A DNA stretch of 64,000 nucleotides from Mobula hypostoma (Eukaryota): assembly GCF_963921235.1 (NCBI RefSeq), contig NC_086108.1, positions 65,288,001 through 65,352,000 of the forward strand, read 5' to 3'. Of this stretch, positions 62,750 to 64,000 are shown in pieces. Positions within the stretch are counted from its first letter, which is position 1, and each line of letters begins with the position of its first letter. The translations under genes were made by a program, and so were the position numbers. The notes under the pieces were generated by a model, which worked only from the letters and a program-made list of their open reading frames with translations, searched no databases and was not told the DNA's origin.

Positions 62750-64000
62750 CTCAGGCCTGTTGACTGAGGTATGGTACAACCGCAGTTTTATAAGACCGCA
62801 ACATTACTTCATGGCTATTGAAATCAATCCTTCAACTAAGGAAGGCCACATACTATACATCTTCTTAACCACCCTATCAACTTTCACAGCAACTTTGAGG
62901 TATCTATGGATGTGGACACCAAAATCCCTGTTCCTCAACACTGTTGAGAATCTTGCCATTAACTCTGTATTGGAGAAGATGGCGGTGTGACACAGCGCGC
63001 AGCAGCCACTCTGGTGAATGATAGTTGTAATCTGTCAAGTAGGGTGCCGTGCACAATCCTGATTTGATGAAGACAGACGTGAGAGCATGGAGGAACATCT
63101 GGAGAAATTTCTGAAATGCCTTTTTCACTGCCACTGCTACAGTGTGATCCAGAATCTCCGGAGAAGGCCCTGAGTCCTCGGCTTTGCTTGTTGCTCGGTG
63201 GCCGGGATGAGATCGAAGCGCTCGGGAGGCTGTATCGGAGGGGCTGGTCGGAGGCTCGACGTTTTTGGATGGACTCAGGGTCAGCTGTGGTCGGGCGCTT
63301 CCAATGCATTGGCAGTTGTTGGCGCCTGGAGGTTTATGGCAGGGAGAGTTTCTCCCTTTTGCCGCCCGCTATCGGGAGTCGATCGGAACTTTGAGACTTT
63401 GTTTTACCATGCCCATGGTCTGCTCTTTATCAAATTATGGTATTGTTCTGTACTGCTGTAACTATATGTTATAATTATGTGGTCTTGTCAGTGTTAGTCT
63501 TTGGTTTGTCCTGTTTTTATTTGTGATATCACTCTAGAGGAACATTGTATTATTTCTTAATGCATTTCTAAATGACAATAAGCGAGGACTGAATGTCCTC
63601 ACAATCTAATCTAATCTACTTTGTCTTCAAGATCAATCTTCCAATGTATCACTTCACACTTTACTGGATTGAACTCCATCTGCCACTTCTCAGCCCAGCT
63701 GTGCATCCTACCAATGTCCTGTGGTAACCCATTACAACCTTCTGCACTATCCACAACTCCACCAACATTCGTGTTATCTGCAAATTTACTGAACCACTCT
63801 TCTATTTCTTCATCCAAGTCATTTATAAAAATCACAAAGAGCAGGGGATCCAGAACAGATCCCTGTGGAATACCACTGGGGCTTCCAGAGAGAATATGCT
63901 CCATCTACTACCCATCCTCTGCTTTTTGTGGGTAAACTAATTCCCAATCCATGCAGCCAAGTTTCCTCAGATCCCACGCCTCCAGGCTTTGCTGAATAAA
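62750..64000 (-). mobile_element. CR1 RT fragment interrupted at 62972-63618
   Basis: GIPQGSVLDPLLFVIFINDLD...KFADNT. Confidence 0.85.
62972..63618 (+). mobile_element. Non-autonomous retroposon with an AAGATGGCGG head and (AATCT)n tail
   Basis: A second copy is at 21465-22935 (minus strand). CpG-rich 5' half and tandem-repeat tail. Confidence 0.85.

Noticed and set aside
718..63935. ORF-track entries as host genes
   Set aside because: They are TE fragments, antisense shadows of TE ORFs, or low-complexity chance ORFs. The real gene is spliced from short exons.
48676..64000. TM2D1 N-terminal exons
   Set aside because: No segment with matching protein sequence and splice sites was found; they probably lie beyond the window.

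Overview
Repeat-rich vertebrate genomic DNA. The repeat families suggest a cartilaginous fish, possibly a ray (inference only). The one host gene I can support is TM2D1 on the minus strand. Four spliced coding exons (48675-48567, 44283-44192, 31269-31196, 23332-23222) have GT-AG ends and compatible phases. None is in the ORF track, and I found no N-terminal exons in the window. The stop codon is followed 20 nt later by a 3'UTR intron. Nearly all listed ORFs are TE fragments or spurious. The TEs include CR1-type LINEs (esterase ORF1, APE-RT ORF2), Rex1/Babar LINEs, a full-length degraded Gypsy (Mag-like) element with a 5-bp TSD, a solo LTR, Penelope-like (GIY-YIG) elements, a HERO-like RLE-LINE fragment, hAT, Chapaev3, Tc1 and mariner derivatives, and old SINEs. 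The most interesting signals are RNA structures in TEs. (1) The HERO-like 3'UTR (22268-22383) folds into an almost fully paired pseudoknot holding the three hammerhead core strands in a non-circularly permuted order. (2) Penelope pLTR repeats carry minimal type-I hammerheads, and fold-back insertions break at the ribozyme. (3) A 386-bp retroposon shows a partial HDV-like fold. All structures were paired by eye and none was computed or tested.
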